From positions 32,001 to 96,000 of the forward strand of contig JBBIRS010000007.1 of NCBI GenBank assembly GCA_037441675.1: a DNA stretch of 64,000 nucleotides, read 5' to 3'. This document shows positions 18,061 to 27,975 of this stretch, piece by piece (position 1 is the stretch's first letter; every line of letters begins with the position of its first letter). Source of the DNA: Planctomycetales bacterium (GTDB lineage: Bacteria; 4484-113). Below the pieces are notes generated by a model. It searched no databases and was not told where the DNA came from. It saw only the letters and a program-made list of their open reading frames with translations. The translations under genes were made by a program, and so were the position numbers.

Positions 18061-20391
18061 ATGAACGATTTTGAAACGATAGATAATCCTGATGACACGC
18101 TTCTTGCGCGCGTTGGATTGACAAGGGATGAGTTTTCGCGTCTATGTGAAAAGCTTCAGCGTTCCCCAAACATAATCGAGATGGGAATGGTGGGCGCTCT
18201 TTGGAGCGAGCATTGTGGATACAAGTCATCTAAGCTCCACCTGCAAAAACTGCCTACAAGTGGCGAGAGAGTCTTGCAGGGTCCTGGCGAGAACGCGGGC
18301 GTTGTGCAGGTCAATGAGGATGTTGCGGTAGTCTTCAAGATTGAGAGCCATAACCATCCATCTGCGGTTGAACCATTCCACGGCTCTGCCACTGGCATTG
18401 GTGGAATAATAAGAGATGTTTTTACCATGGGCGCGCGTCCTATTGCCCTTTTAGACCCCCTAAGATTTGGACCCATCACGAACTTTTACAACCCGAAGCT
18501 GGAAAAAAACCTGGTTCAGCGCAACCGTTATCTGATGAACGGAGTTACCGCGGGCATTTCATTTTACGGAAACTGCGTCGGTATTCCAACGGTCGGTGGA
18601 GAACTTCTCTTTCACGAGAGCTATTCATTAAATCCACTGATGAACGGTCTTTGTCTTGGCATTGCGCACCCAAAAGAGCTTATTTTCGCTTCCGCTCGTG
18701 AACTTGGAAGCAAGTTAGTCCTAGTGGGAGCTAAAACCGGGCGCGATGGAATTCAAGGCGCAACATTTGCTTCCGTTGAACTTACGGAGGATGTTCAAAG
18801 AAGTAGGCCTGCGGTTCAAGTTGGCGATCCATTTTTGGAGAAGTGCTTGCTTGAGGCAAGCCTGAGATTGAAAGCTCACCCGGGACTAATCGGTGTGCAG
18901 GATTTGGGCGCTGCGGGTCTCACCAGTAGCTCCGTTGAAATGGCATCTCGCGGCGGTGTGGGCGTCCGTCTATATTTGGATAAAGTTCCACTTCGCACTA
19001 AGCATCTTTCTCCCTATGAGATTATGCTTTCTGAATCTCAGGAGCGTATGCTTATGGTGGTGAAGGAGGAGGCGCTTGCCGACATATACAGGGAGTTCTC
19101 CAAGTGGGGATTAGACGCTAGCGTGATTGGCGAGGTCATTGAAGAAAAGGTGGTTAGCATATACATTAACGGGGCGGAAGTAGCGCGACTACCGGTGGAG
19201 CTTTTAGTTAAAGGCGCGCCAGTGCTTGAACGCAAGCAGTCTCCGCCAACTCCTCCGAAAGAGTTTATCGCCGATACTCGTATTATTGCTTTAGAATTAT
19301 CCAAAAGAAAACTGCCAGCAAATTTTCCGGTGAGTATTCTTTGCAGAAACGAATACGAGCGGGCTTTGTCTCTTCTCTCGGCGCATCCGAATTGCGCAAG
19401 CAAGAGAATCGTCTGGGAGCATTACGATCGGCAGGTTCAAATAAATACAGTCCTAGATGCGGAGACTTCTGATTCTGCCGTGCTTAGAATCAAGGGCACA
19501 AAGGAAGGCATTGCGCTAACCACTGATGGACCAGCTCATCTGGTTGCAATGGATGCAAGGTTGGGCGGAATGCACGCAGTTAAAGAAGCGTACCTTAATG
19601 TTTTATGCTCAGGCGCAGAACCTGTTGCTTTTACTAACTGCCTTAACTTTGCAAGCCCAGAAGTGCCGGAGGTGATGCATAGCTTTGCGGAGTGCGTAGA
19701 AGGCATGGCTTATGCCAGTCGTCTCCTCAACACTCCAGTTGTTTCGGGAAATGTTTCCTTTTACAACGAGACCGCCAGCTCAAGGATTATTCCCACGCCA
19801 GTAATAGGGATGCTTGGTATTGTGAATGATGTTGAACAATCCTTGAGTTTCAAATGGCATGAGGAACGTGAAGCCTTTTTAATTACAAGTAGCGATTTTA
19901 CCTTGGCAGGTTCTGTCATTCTGACTGATGTTCTTGGCGATTTTATGGGAAGGCTTGTTGCGCCTGATCTTCAATTTCTACTGCGCTTGAAAGATTTTAT
20001 CCTTCAGGCTAATTCAAAAGGGCTCATCAGTTCGCTTCATGACATTGACTCTTCAGGGCTACTCCATGCCCTTCTTGAATGCACGCTTTCTGGTGTTGGC
20101 GCATCACTAACCTTGCCAACCGAGCTTCTCTCAAATCAGGATAGCTTGACCCTTCTCTTTGGTTATCCATCCGTTGGAGCTATCGGAACTTCCAAGGCGA
20201 AGGATTTTCCCAAGATCATTAAGCTTGCCGAGAAGCACGAAATTAGGCTCTTCCACCTCGGGCGAACCGGTGGAAATTTCTTGACGATATACGATGGACT
20301 TAATAAGACACCGCTTATTAACCTTGAGGTTGGATTGTTCGCTTCCCTATATAATTGCGCATTAGTCTTCTTCCTCACGCACAACATTTGA
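18061..20391 (+). CDS. purL: Phosphoribosylformylglycinamidine synthase subunit PurL (small type)
   Basis: WSEHCGYK, GPGENAG, KIESHNHPS, GRDGIQGA, QDLGAAGL, LSESQERM, SGNVSFYNET. Confidence 0.97.
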   Translation: MNDFETIDNPDDTLLARVGLTRDEFSRLCEKLQRSPNIIEMGMVGALWSEHCGYKSSKLHLQKLPTSGERVLQGPGENAGVVQVNEDVAVVFKIESHNHPSAVEPFHGSATGIGGIIRDVFTMGARPIALLDPLRFGPITNFYNPKLEKNLVQRNRYLMNGVTAGISFYGNCVGIPTVGGELLFHESYSLNPLMNGLCLGIAHPKELIFASARELGSKLVLVGAKTGRDGIQGATFASVELTEDVQRSRPAVQVGDPFLEKCLLEASLRLKAHPGLIGVQDLGAAGLTSSSVEMASRGGVGVRLYLDKVPLRTKHLSPYEIMLSESQERMLMVVKEEALADIYREFSKWGLDASVIGEVIEEKVVSIYINGAEVARLPVELLVKGAPVLERKQSPPTPPKEFIADTRIIALELSKRKLPANFPVSILCRNEYERALSLLSAHPNCASKRIVWEHYDRQVQINTVLDAETSDSAVLRIKGTKEGIALTTDGPAHLVAMDARLGGMHAVKEAYLNVLCSGAEPVAFTNCLNFASPEVPEVMHSFAECVEGMAYASRLLNTPVVSGNVSFYNETASSRIIPTPVIGMLGIVNDVEQSLSFKWHEEREAFLITSSDFTLAGSVILTDVLGDFMGRLVAPDLQFLLRLKDFILQANSKGLISSLHDIDSSGLLHALLECTLSGVGASLTLPTELLSNQDSLTLLFGYPSVGAIGTSKAKDFPKIIKLAEKHEIRLFHLGRTGGNFLTIYDGLNKTPLINLEVGLFASLYNCALVFFLTHNI

Positions 20392-20445
20392 GAGATTGCC
20401 ATTCCTAAATCCACTCCATTTCTGGGAGAGCGGAGGTAAGATTGA

Positions 20446-20529
20446 AGGGCGCGAACTCGTATCGCGCCGGATTCGGCGGAGGCAAGATCTACTTAAGAAT
20501 CTGCACATCAGTGTGAATCTGCCCTACAG
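20446..20529. repeat. REP/REPIN-like repeat, locus 5 (between convergent purL and fabD)
   Basis: AGGGCGCGAACTCGTATCGCGCCG at 20446-20469, CGGCGGAGGCAAG, and GCCCTACAG at 20521-20529. Confidence 0.7.
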
Positions 20530-20569
20530 GGTGCCCTCTCAGCCAAAAACGCAACCTTCTTAACTCAAA

Positions 20570-21526
20570 CTATAGCGGTTCTTCACCTGTCAAGTACGGA
20601 AGAATCGCCTTGAATTCATTAACGGTGCTGACGCCCTTGAGCTTCGCATTGGGAATAATCCTTGCGACCAAGTTTCTAAGCACTCTTCCCGGACCTAACT
20701 CAATGTAGGCATCCGGGGCAAGCTTGGAAATTGCCATCACTTCATCAACCCACATAACGGGCGCAGTTATTTGCTTTATGAGATGGCTGGCGAACAGGCT
20801 TACGTCTTGAGGGTAAGCTTGAGCGGAGTAATTTGAAAAGATAGGCGCGCTTGGAGGCTTAAATTGCGTTTCTTGAAGATATGGAGCAAGGGAATCGGCG
20901 CACTTTTGCATAAATCTTGAGTGGAAGGGTGCGCTTACGTTCAGCTCAATCACCCTCTTTGCACCGGCGGATTTTAGAGGTTCAATGCACCTTCCCACTG
21001 CGGTTCTTGCGCCGGATAAAACTATCTGCTCAGGCGAGTTGATATTGGCAATGTCTACAACATCTCTCTCGCTAGAGAATTCTGAAATGACCGATGCAAC
21101 TGTTTCCACATTAAGCCCGAGAACCGCTATCATCATTCCTCCGCCGACTGGCACAGCTTCCTGCATAAACTTTCCGCGCAGATGCACAAGCTGAACAGCA
21201 CGAGAAAAATCAAGGGATCCAGAACAGGTGAGCGCAGTGTACTCGCCTAGCGAATGCCCCGCAAAGGCACATATTGCGCCATCTGGAATGAACTCGGATA
21301 CGCATTGCCAGATGGCATAGCTCGCGGTTAGGATTGCCGGCTGGGCGTTCTCAGTTAAAGTTAGCGTTTCTGGAGGTCCTTCAAGGATTATCTTAGAAAT
21401 GGGGTAAGCTAAAATTTCATCAGCTTGAGTGAAGGTATCCCGAACAACCTTGAACTCTTGATAAAAGTCGGAAGCCATCCCAAATTCCTGCGAACCTTGA
21501 CCCGGAAAGAGAATCGCTAGTTTCAT
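20570..21526 (-). CDS. fabD: Malonyl-CoA:ACP transacylase
   Basis: FPGQGSQ, GHSLGEY, VSAPFHS; start moved to ATG 21526, just after the fabH stop. Confidence 0.97.
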   Translation of the reverse strand: MKLAILFPGQGSQEFGMASDFYQEFKVVRDTFTQADEILAYPISKIILEGPPETLTLTENAQPAILTASYAIWQCVSEFIPDGAICAFAGHSLGEYTALTCSGSLDFSRAVQLVHLRGKFMQEAVPVGGGMMIAVLGLNVETVASVISEFSSERDVVDIANINSPEQIVLSGARTAVGRCIEPLKSAGAKRVIELNVSAPFHSRFMQKCADSLAPYLQETQFKPPSAPIFSNYSAQAYPQDVSLFASHLIKQITAPVMWVDEVMAISKLAPDAYIELGPGRVLRNLVARIIPNAKLKGVSTVNEFKAILPYLTGEEPL

Positions 21527-21528
21527 AA

Positions 21529-22524
21529 TTAAGCCCAAATTAGAAATGCTGAAGCCCAACTAAGCCCAGCGCCAAATGCGAAGAAAACAATTTTGTCCCC
21601 GGGAGAGAGCTTTCCCGCGCGGTTCAACTCATCAAGGCATAACGGTATAGAAGCGGATGTTGTATTTCCGTATCGCTGAATGTTTAGGTAAACTTTCTCC
21701 TCTTCTACCCCTAGCCTTTCCCTTGTGCTCCTTATGATACGCTCATTAGCTTGATGACCTATGAACCATCTAACATCTTGAGGCTTGCAGTTTGCCTTTT
21801 TAAGAACTCGGTGAACCGTATCGTACATCATCCTAACCGCACGTTTGAAAACCTCCTGCCCTTCCATGTGGATGAAATGTTCTTCGTTGGCGACCGTTTG
21901 GAGAGTGGGAGGTTTGACACTACCACCTGCGGGTTGATAAAGGATGCTGAATCCGCTTCCGTCGCTCCCCAGATCAAAGTACAGTAATCCACGAGGTTCC
22001 TTCTGAGCGGGACGAGCTTCCAAGTAACAGGCTGAGGCTGCATCTCCAAATAGGACGCAATGAGTCCTGTCTGTGAAGTTGGCAATCGCAGACATTACCT
22101 CCGAGCCTATCACTAAAGCGTTGTTAAACAGACCGTCCCGCAACATACTCGTGACGCAGGCGATAGCGTAGATAAACCCACTACAAGCAGCTTCAAGGTC
22201 AAAACAAGCGGATTTCACCGCACCTATTCTGCTTTGTATCACCGAAGCGGTTGAAGGGAAAATCCTATCAGGCGTTACAGTGGGAACAACTATGAGCTCC
22301 ACATCTTTTGCCTCAACTCCTGCCATTTCTAAGGCTTTTTTTGCTGCTTCAGCTCCCATAAATGAGTTCGTTTCTCCGGGGGATGCCAGACGACGCTCCT
22401 TTATGCCAGTCCTTGCTGTTATCCACTCATCAGATGTGTCAAGAACTTTAGCATAATCATCGTTGGTAAATACCCTTTTGGGCAAGTAGCTTCCAGTTCC
22501 GCGAATTACCACTTCAGTTTCCAT
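21529..22524 (-). CDS. fabH: 3-oxoacyl-ACP synthase III
   Basis: DTSDEWI..RTGI, AACSGF, HQANERI, YGNTTSASIP, FGAGLSW. Confidence 0.97.
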   Translation of the reverse strand: METEVVIRGTGSYLPKRVFTNDDYAKVLDTSDEWITARTGIKERRLASPGETNSFMGAEAAKKALEMAGVEAKDVELIVVPTVTPDRIFPSTASVIQSRIGAVKSACFDLEAACSGFIYAIACVTSMLRDGLFNNALVIGSEVMSAIANFTDRTHCVLFGDAASACYLEARPAQKEPRGLLYFDLGSDGSGFSILYQPAGGSVKPPTLQTVANEEHFIHMEGQEVFKRAVRMMYDTVHRVLKKANCKPQDVRWFIGHQANERIIRSTRERLGVEEEKVYLNIQRYGNTTSASIPLCLDELNRAGKLSPGDKIVFFAFGAGLSWASAFLIWA

Positions 22525-22665
22525 AATTCCTCCAAAAAATTTGGAAAACTAGCTAGGGAAAACTAGGGAGGCTAATAACTCATAATCCTAACTAAACCCT
22601 TATTATACGACCTAGATAGAAATAATGAAGCAATTAGGATAGAGCTCGGATAGACACTAAGAAAG

Positions 22666-23718
22666 TTAGGTACTACTTGCGTATATGGTTGGGATAGGAT
22701 GCTTTGACATTTCAGCTTCAAGGCGCCCACTAATATCCTCCTCAATCATTCTAATCGCAAACCTGATGGCATTTTTGATTGCGTTGGCGTCGCTTCTACC
22801 ATGGCAAATGACAACATTTCCACGAACACCAAGTAGCGGTGCCCCACCCCACTCGCTGTAATCTAATCTCTTTCTTATTCGCTTAACGACCGCTCCGAAG
22901 AGAAGTTTTACAGCCAGAGCGCTTAAGAGATTTTTCCTGAACTCATCTTTCATCATTTTGTATAACGCCTGGGCTAGCCCTTCGGCGAACTTCAATAGCA
23001 CGTTGCCAATAAAACCGTCGCACACCATTACGTCCACGTTCCCCTGCATTAAAGTTTGACCTTCCACGTAACCAAAAAAGTTTAACGATGGGTCCGACTT
23101 TAGAAGCTTGTACGCCTCTCTAACCACCGCGTTACCCTTGTAGTCTTCGCTTCCATTGCTAAGCAGAGCAATTCTTGGATTCTCTCTCTTAAATATTCGC
23201 TCCACGTAAACCTTACCAATATGAGCCAATTGATAAAGGTGATGAGGTCGGAGGTCAACATGCGCGCCGGCATCTAAATAGAACAGCGTTCTTTTGAGGG
23301 TTGGAAGTGGCGTGACTATTGGAGGTCTTTCCACCGATTTCAGCCTGCCCAGCACAAAAAGTGATGTGGTCATTACAAGACCCGTGTTTCCTGCGGATAT
23401 AAATGCACCTCCTCGCTCCTTGAGTAAATTCAAACCAACGCTTATTGGATTTTCCGGGTAATCTTTGTATACCTGAACTGGGCTTTCTATTCTTTGGGGA
23501 AGTTTGTTCCTGCTTTCATGAAAGTCTAACGTTACTCCTAATCTTTTTACTATGGGAAACAGACGTTTCTCTGCTAATCTCTTAATCTGAGCAACATCTG
23601 AGCTGACTAAACAAAGGGTAATCGGCTTATCAAGGCTTTCAACCGCCAAAGCACATCCTCTAAGAACTTCACCAATTCCCAATTCGGGAGTCTCAACGTC
23701 TAGTATTACCGTTTGCAT
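22666..23718 (-). CDS. plsX: Phosphate acyltransferase PlsX (divergent N-terminus)
   Basis: SAGNTG, LDAGA, LLSNGSEDYKG, VCDGFIGNVLLKFAEG, GGAPLLG, HGRS; upstream of fabH-fabD. Start placed at ATG 23718. Confidence 0.93.
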   Translation of the reverse strand: MQTVILDVETPELGIGEVLRGCALAVESLDKPITLCLVSSDVAQIKRLAEKRLFPIVKRLGVTLDFHESRNKLPQRIESPVQVYKDYPENPISVGLNLLKERGGAFISAGNTGLVMTTSLFVLGRLKSVERPPIVTPLPTLKRTLFYLDAGAHVDLRPHHLYQLAHIGKVYVERIFKRENPRIALLSNGSEDYKGNAVVREAYKLLKSDPSLNFFGYVEGQTLMQGNVDVMVCDGFIGNVLLKFAEGLAQALYKMMKDEFRKNLLSALAVKLLFGAVVKRIRKRLDYSEWGGAPLLGVRGNVVICHGRSDANAIKNAIRFAIRMIEEDISGRLEAEMSKHPIPTIYASST

Positions 23719-23797
23719 ATTTTGCTTGTTAGAATTATAGTTTAACACTTTGAATTATCTGCGAAGAGAGTAGTTTGAATTATAAACACAAAATTAA

Positions 23798-24241
23798 ATG
23801 ATAGAACATACATCATCAGGAACGGTAGTAGTTAAATCAGGTTTACCTCCAAAAGTTCTCATCATTAAGGTTGAGCGCAAGAATGGAACCTTTTGGGGAT
23901 TACCGAAGGGTCATGTTGACGATGGGGAGAGCTTGCTTGATGCCGCAATTAGAGAAACGGTGGAAGAAACGGGCATTCCCCCGAATCTATTAAAACCACT
24001 CTGCTATTTGGATAGAATAACTTACGAGTTTTACACGTATGAGGATGGCAAACCTACTTTGAATACAAAGGAGGTTCACTTTTTCTTGCTTGAAACTAGC
24101 AATCTTGCTGAAGCAATTTCGCCGTCAATGGAGGAATTCATTTTTGACTATAGGTGGGTAACATTTAAGGAGGCAATGGAACTAACTACTTTTGAGAATT
24201 ATCGAAAAATATTAAAAAGAGCAGAAATTGCTTTTTTTTAA
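23798..24241 (+). CDS. NUDIX hydrolase (Ap4A hydrolase-like)
   Basis: Nudix box WGLPKGHVDDGESLLDAAIRETVEETG. Confidence 0.92.
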   Translation: MIEHTSSGTVVVKSGLPPKVLIIKVERKNGTFWGLPKGHVDDGESLLDAAIRETVEETGIPPNLLKPLCYLDRITYEFYTYEDGKPTLNTKEVHFFLLETSNLAEAISPSMEEFIFDYRWVTFKEAMELTTFENYRKILKRAEIAFF

Positions 24242-24312
24242 TGAAAGATAAACATTAAAATCCTGATTTTAGGGTAGAATAGTAGTTAAGAGGAAGCCCT
24301 TGGGCTTCAGAG

Positions 24313-25500
24313 GTGAAATCTTTTCCCGCTGGCACTGAGGTGAAATTCCCACTTTCTAAGAATAGGGTTATTCAACTAGCATTAGGATTTGACGATGTTT
24401 CCCTCGTTCCCTCTACCACGAGCGTTGACCCGAGAGATGTTGATGTTTCCTTTAGCATTGCGGATTTTAGCTTCAAGATACCAATAATCGCTAGCGCTAT
24501 GGATGCTGTGAGCAGTCCTGATTTCGCAATTTTGTATCATAAACTTGGAGGACTTGCGGTTATAAACCTTGAGGGCATCTTCACAAGATATGAGGATCCC
24601 ACTAATGCCCTAAACGCCATTGCGGAAGCTAGCGATGAAGATGCAACTAGAATTCTGCAGGAGATTTACCGCGAACCTGTCAAGCCCAACTTGATTGAGG
24701 CGGTCATCAAGAGGATTAAGGATGGTGAAGCGCTTGCTGCAGGAAGCTTAACCCCTAGAGCTACGAGAGATTATGGAAAATTCGCGGTGAGCGCTGGACT
24801 TGATTTGCTCTTCGTCCAGTCCACTGTTACAACTCCTAACTACATTTCCACTCATACAAAGGCTCTCTCAATTGCTGAACTAACTAGCAATCTTGGAGTA
24901 CCGGTTCTTGTTGGAAACTGCGTAAGTTATGAGGTTGGATATGAGCTTTTTTCTGCTGGGGCTATCGGAGTTATGGTTGGTATCGGACCTGGCGAAGCCT
25001 GCACAACGCGGGCGGTCACCGGGGTTGGACTGCCCCAGATAACCGCCACCATTGAAGTTGCGGAAGCTAGGAACGACTTTGAGAAAAAGACAGGCAAGAG
25101 TGTGCTTGTTATTACTGATGGTGGAATGAGAAATGGTGGGCAGATGGCAAAAGCGCTCGCTGCTGGCGCGGACGCAATTATGGTCGGCTCAATCTTTGCA
25201 GGCTGTCCCGAAACTCCTGCTGCGCCATTCCACTGGGGAATGGCAACTCCGGATCCGAATTTGCCCCGTGGAACCCGCGTGAGAGTTTCTAAGGAAGTTT
25301 CTCTGGAAAAGCTACTTTTTGGGCCCACTTCCAAAACTGATGGCAGTGAAAACTTAATCGGATGCATAACAGCTTCAATGAGCATGTGTGGCGCTAGAAA
25401 CATTAAAGAATTCCACAACACCCAACTCGCATGCTCTCTTAGCTTTCTTTCCGAAGGCAAAAGCCTTCAGTACTCCCAACGTCTAGGTATGGGAGGGTAG
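24313..25500 (+). CDS. guaB3: IMP dehydrogenase, GuaB3 type (no CBS domains)
   Basis: GFDDVSLVP, IIASAMD, LGGLAVINLEG, catalytic GIGPGEACTTR, HWGMATP..LPRGTR. Confidence 0.9.
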   Translation: MKSFPAGTEVKFPLSKNRVIQLALGFDDVSLVPSTTSVDPRDVDVSFSIADFSFKIPIIASAMDAVSSPDFAILYHKLGGLAVINLEGIFTRYEDPTNALNAIAEASDEDATRILQEIYREPVKPNLIEAVIKRIKDGEALAAGSLTPRATRDYGKFAVSAGLDLLFVQSTVTTPNYISTHTKALSIAELTSNLGVPVLVGNCVSYEVGYELFSAGAIGVMVGIGPGEACTTRAVTGVGLPQITATIEVAEARNDFEKKTGKSVLVITDGGMRNGGQMAKALAAGADAIMVGSIFAGCPETPAAPFHWGMATPDPNLPRGTRVRVSKEVSLEKLLFGPTSKTDGSENLIGCITASMSMCGARNIKEFHNTQLACSLSFLSEGKSLQYSQRLGMGG

Positions 25501-25501
25501 C

Positions 25502-27046
25502 TTGGAAACTAAACAAAAAATTATCGTCATAGACCTTGGCTCTCAGTACACCCAGCTAATCGCGAGAAGAATTCGCGAACTTAACGTCTATTCTGAAATC
25601 AAACCATCAAACATTACTTTAGAGGAGCTTCTTAGAGAAAAGCCGATTGGCGTTATTCTCTCTGGTGGACCCGCAAGTGTTTATGACCCTAAATCGCCTA
25701 AGATTGATAGACAAATTCTTGACGCGGATGTTCCTATTCTTGGGATTTGTTATGGCCTCCAGCTAATCGCGCACATCCTAGGTGGAAGAGTTGAAAGAGC
25801 CAAGGCTAGCGAGTTCGGTAAAACTGAACTTAAATTGCTTCATCCAACCAGCAAGATTTTCCGCGGGCTGAACCCCGAGCTTATCTGCTGGATGAGTCAC
25901 TCAGACGTCGTGGTTTCACCTCCTAAGGGCTTTATCACTACCTCCTGCACCTATAACACGCCAGTTGCTTCTATGGAGAATGAGGAGGGAAAACTCTACG
26001 GCGTGCAGTTTCACCCTGAGGTCACTCATACCCCTTGGGGCATTGAACTTATTAGAATGTTTCTTTATGACATTTGTGGAGCTAGGGGGGATTGGAAGGT
26101 AACTTCTATTATCGAAGATGCGGTGGAAACTATTAAGGAAAGAGTTAAGGACGCTAAAGCCCTTTGCGCCATATCGGGGGGTATTGATTCGCTTACCACC
26201 GCTGTCCTAGCACAAAGAGCCATTGGTGAACAGCTTTTCTGCATCTTCGTGGATCATGGCCTTATGCGTCTAAATGAGGCGGATCAGGTTGAGAGCGTAT
26301 TCAAGAAGCAGTTCAAAGCTAACTTCAGAAGGGTGAATGCATCCTCAAGGTTTTTAAGAAAACTCCGAGGGGTTACAGACCCCGAGAAGAAGAGAAGGAT
26401 AATTGGAAGGGAGTTCATAAGGATTTTTGAGGAGGAAGCAAGGAAGATTAAGGGAATTCGCTACATGGCTCAGGGAACTATCTACCCTGATGTGATAGAA
26501 AGCAGAGGAGTCGGTGGACACGCTAGGGTTATCAAGAGCCACCATAACGTTGGCGGGCTTCCTAAGAAGATGAAACTAAAGTTGATTGAACCTCTGAGAA
26601 ATCTCTTTAAGGACGAGGTAAGAAAACTTGCCCTTGAGCTTGGAGTTCCAGAGGCAATCGTGAATAGACAGCCATTCCCTGGACCAGGACTCGCAATTAG
26701 AATAATTGGAACGGTAACGAGAGAAAAGATCAAAATTTTACAAAAGGCGGACGCGATAATTCAAGAGGAGCTTTCGCGCTCTGAAATTTACACAGACATT
26801 GCACAAGCCTTCGGCGTTTTACCCTCCGTGAAAACTGTCGGAGTTATGGGGGATAATCGCACCTACGGCTTTCCGATAATTCTGAGAATTGTTACCACAA
26901 CTGATTGGATGACCGCTGATTGGGCTAAAATCCCTTACCCCGTGCTTGAAAGAATAAGCAATCGTATAATAAATGAGGTGGAACAGGTAAATCGGGTCGC
27001 ATATGACATTAGCAGTAAGCCTCCTGCGACAATTGAATGGGAGTAA
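25502..27046 (+). CDS. guaA: GMP synthase (glutamine-hydrolysing)
   Basis: GSQYTQLIARR, LGICYG, QFHPEV, SGGIDS, IKSHHNVGG, SKPPATIEWE. Confidence 0.98.
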   Translation: METKQKIIVIDLGSQYTQLIARRIRELNVYSEIKPSNITLEELLREKPIGVILSGGPASVYDPKSPKIDRQILDADVPILGICYGLQLIAHILGGRVERAKASEFGKTELKLLHPTSKIFRGLNPELICWMSHSDVVVSPPKGFITTSCTYNTPVASMENEEGKLYGVQFHPEVTHTPWGIELIRMFLYDICGARGDWKVTSIIEDAVETIKERVKDAKALCAISGGIDSLTTAVLAQRAIGEQLFCIFVDHGLMRLNEADQVESVFKKQFKANFRRVNASSRFLRKLRGVTDPEKKRRIIGREFIRIFEEEARKIKGIRYMAQGTIYPDVIESRGVGGHARVIKSHHNVGGLPKKMKLKLIEPLRNLFKDEVRKLALELGVPEAIVNRQPFPGPGLAIRIIGTVTREKIKILQKADAIIQEELSRSEIYTDIAQAFGVLPSVKTVGVMGDNRTYGFPIILRIVTTTDWMTADWAKIPYPVLERISNRIINEVEQVNRVAYDISSKPPATIEWE

Positions 27047-27110
27047 TTTATTTTCGCGGTATAAATCGCGAAAGACAAAAGATTTTGATAAAAGATTTTG
27101 TTGAAATCAG

Positions 27111-27644
27111 ATGAAAATGATAAAGGTACCTGAACATTTCAAGCTTATACTCAGCGCGGAGCAGATTGAGCGGAGGGTTCGAGAGCTTGCGCAAGAAATT
27201 TCAAAGGCGCATAAGGGGAAGACATTGCACCTTGTTGGCGTGCTTAAGGGCGCAACTGTCTTCTTGGCAGACCTCTCTAGAAAACTGACCATTCCAACAA
27301 CAATGGACTTTCTCGCAGTTGCAAGCTATGGTGATTCAACTGAAAGTAGCGGGATTGTTCGGATGGTCAAGGATTTGGATCATCCCATTGAAAGCAGAGA
27401 CGTGATGATTGTTGAGGATATTGTGGATACTGGCTTGACGCTAAAGTATATTCAGGAAGTTCTGCGCGGAAGGAAAGTCGCATCATTAAAGGTCTGCACC
27501 CTTCTCGATAGGCCCGATAGAAGAAAGGTGCCAGTCAATGTGGATTATATAGGCTTCACCATCGCGGATAAGTATGTAGTTGGGTATGGGCTTGATTTTG
27601 AGCAAAAGTGGAGACACCTGCCGGGAATATACACTATAGAATAG
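27111..27644 (+). CDS. hpt: Hypoxanthine phosphoribosyltransferase
   Basis: GVLKGA, SYG..TESSG, IVEDIVDTGLTL, VVGYGLD. Confidence 0.97.
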   Translation: MKMIKVPEHFKLILSAEQIERRVRELAQEISKAHKGKTLHLVGVLKGATVFLADLSRKLTIPTTMDFLAVASYGDSTESSGIVRMVKDLDHPIESRDVMIVEDIVDTGLTLKYIQEVLRGRKVASLKVCTLLDRPDRRKVPVNVDYIGFTIADKYVVGYGLDFEQKWRHLPGIYTIE

Positions 27645-27677
27645 TTGTCAACTTGAGAGGGTATATAAAGTTGTCCC

Positions 27678-27787
27678 CTCATGGTGAAACATTCAGGGTG
27701 AATCATTCAATCTTAAACATTTAGGGTGAAGCGTTCAGGATGTTCCCTTCAGAGTTAAAATTCTTGGTGAAGCCTTGCAGAGTGTTC
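27678..27787. repeat. Degenerate 14-bp tandem array (7-8 units, consensus about TTCAGGGTGAAnCn)
   Basis: Units: CTCATGGTGAAACA, TTCAGGGTGAATCA, TTCAATCTTAAACA, TTTAGGGTGAAGCG, TTCAGGATGTTCCC, TTCAGAGTTAAAA, TTCTTGGTGAAGCC, TTGCAGAGTGTTC. Confidence 0.75.
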
Positions 27788-27806
27788 TTGGAAATATTGA
27801 GTAGAA

Positions 27807-27836
27807 TTTACTAAATGTTGGTTTATCGGGTATAAT
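27807..27836 (+). promoter_or_regulatory. Putative rho promoter
   Basis: TATAAT at 27831-27836 with a weak TTTACT -35; implies a leader of about 130 nt. Confidence 0.45.
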
Positions 27837-27975
27837 ATTTACGTCTACACAGTTCTCCCGTAGCAACTTGCAAATGGAAGAGGATAAATTCTGGTCAACT
27901 TTCCCCAAAGTCCGTTAAAGGGTGAAGAGCAAATCTGCGAAAAATTCCCGATAAAGAAATTTGAGGTGAGTAGCA

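Noticed and set aside
27052..27073. Intrinsic terminator after guaA (TTTCGCG...CGCGAAA)
   Set aside because: The hairpin is present but has no following U-tract on either strand, so I do not call it a terminator.
27678..27787. Possible CRISPR array or iterons
   Set aside because: Units are 14 bp, contiguous and degenerate, with no unique spacers; no cas or rep genes in the window.
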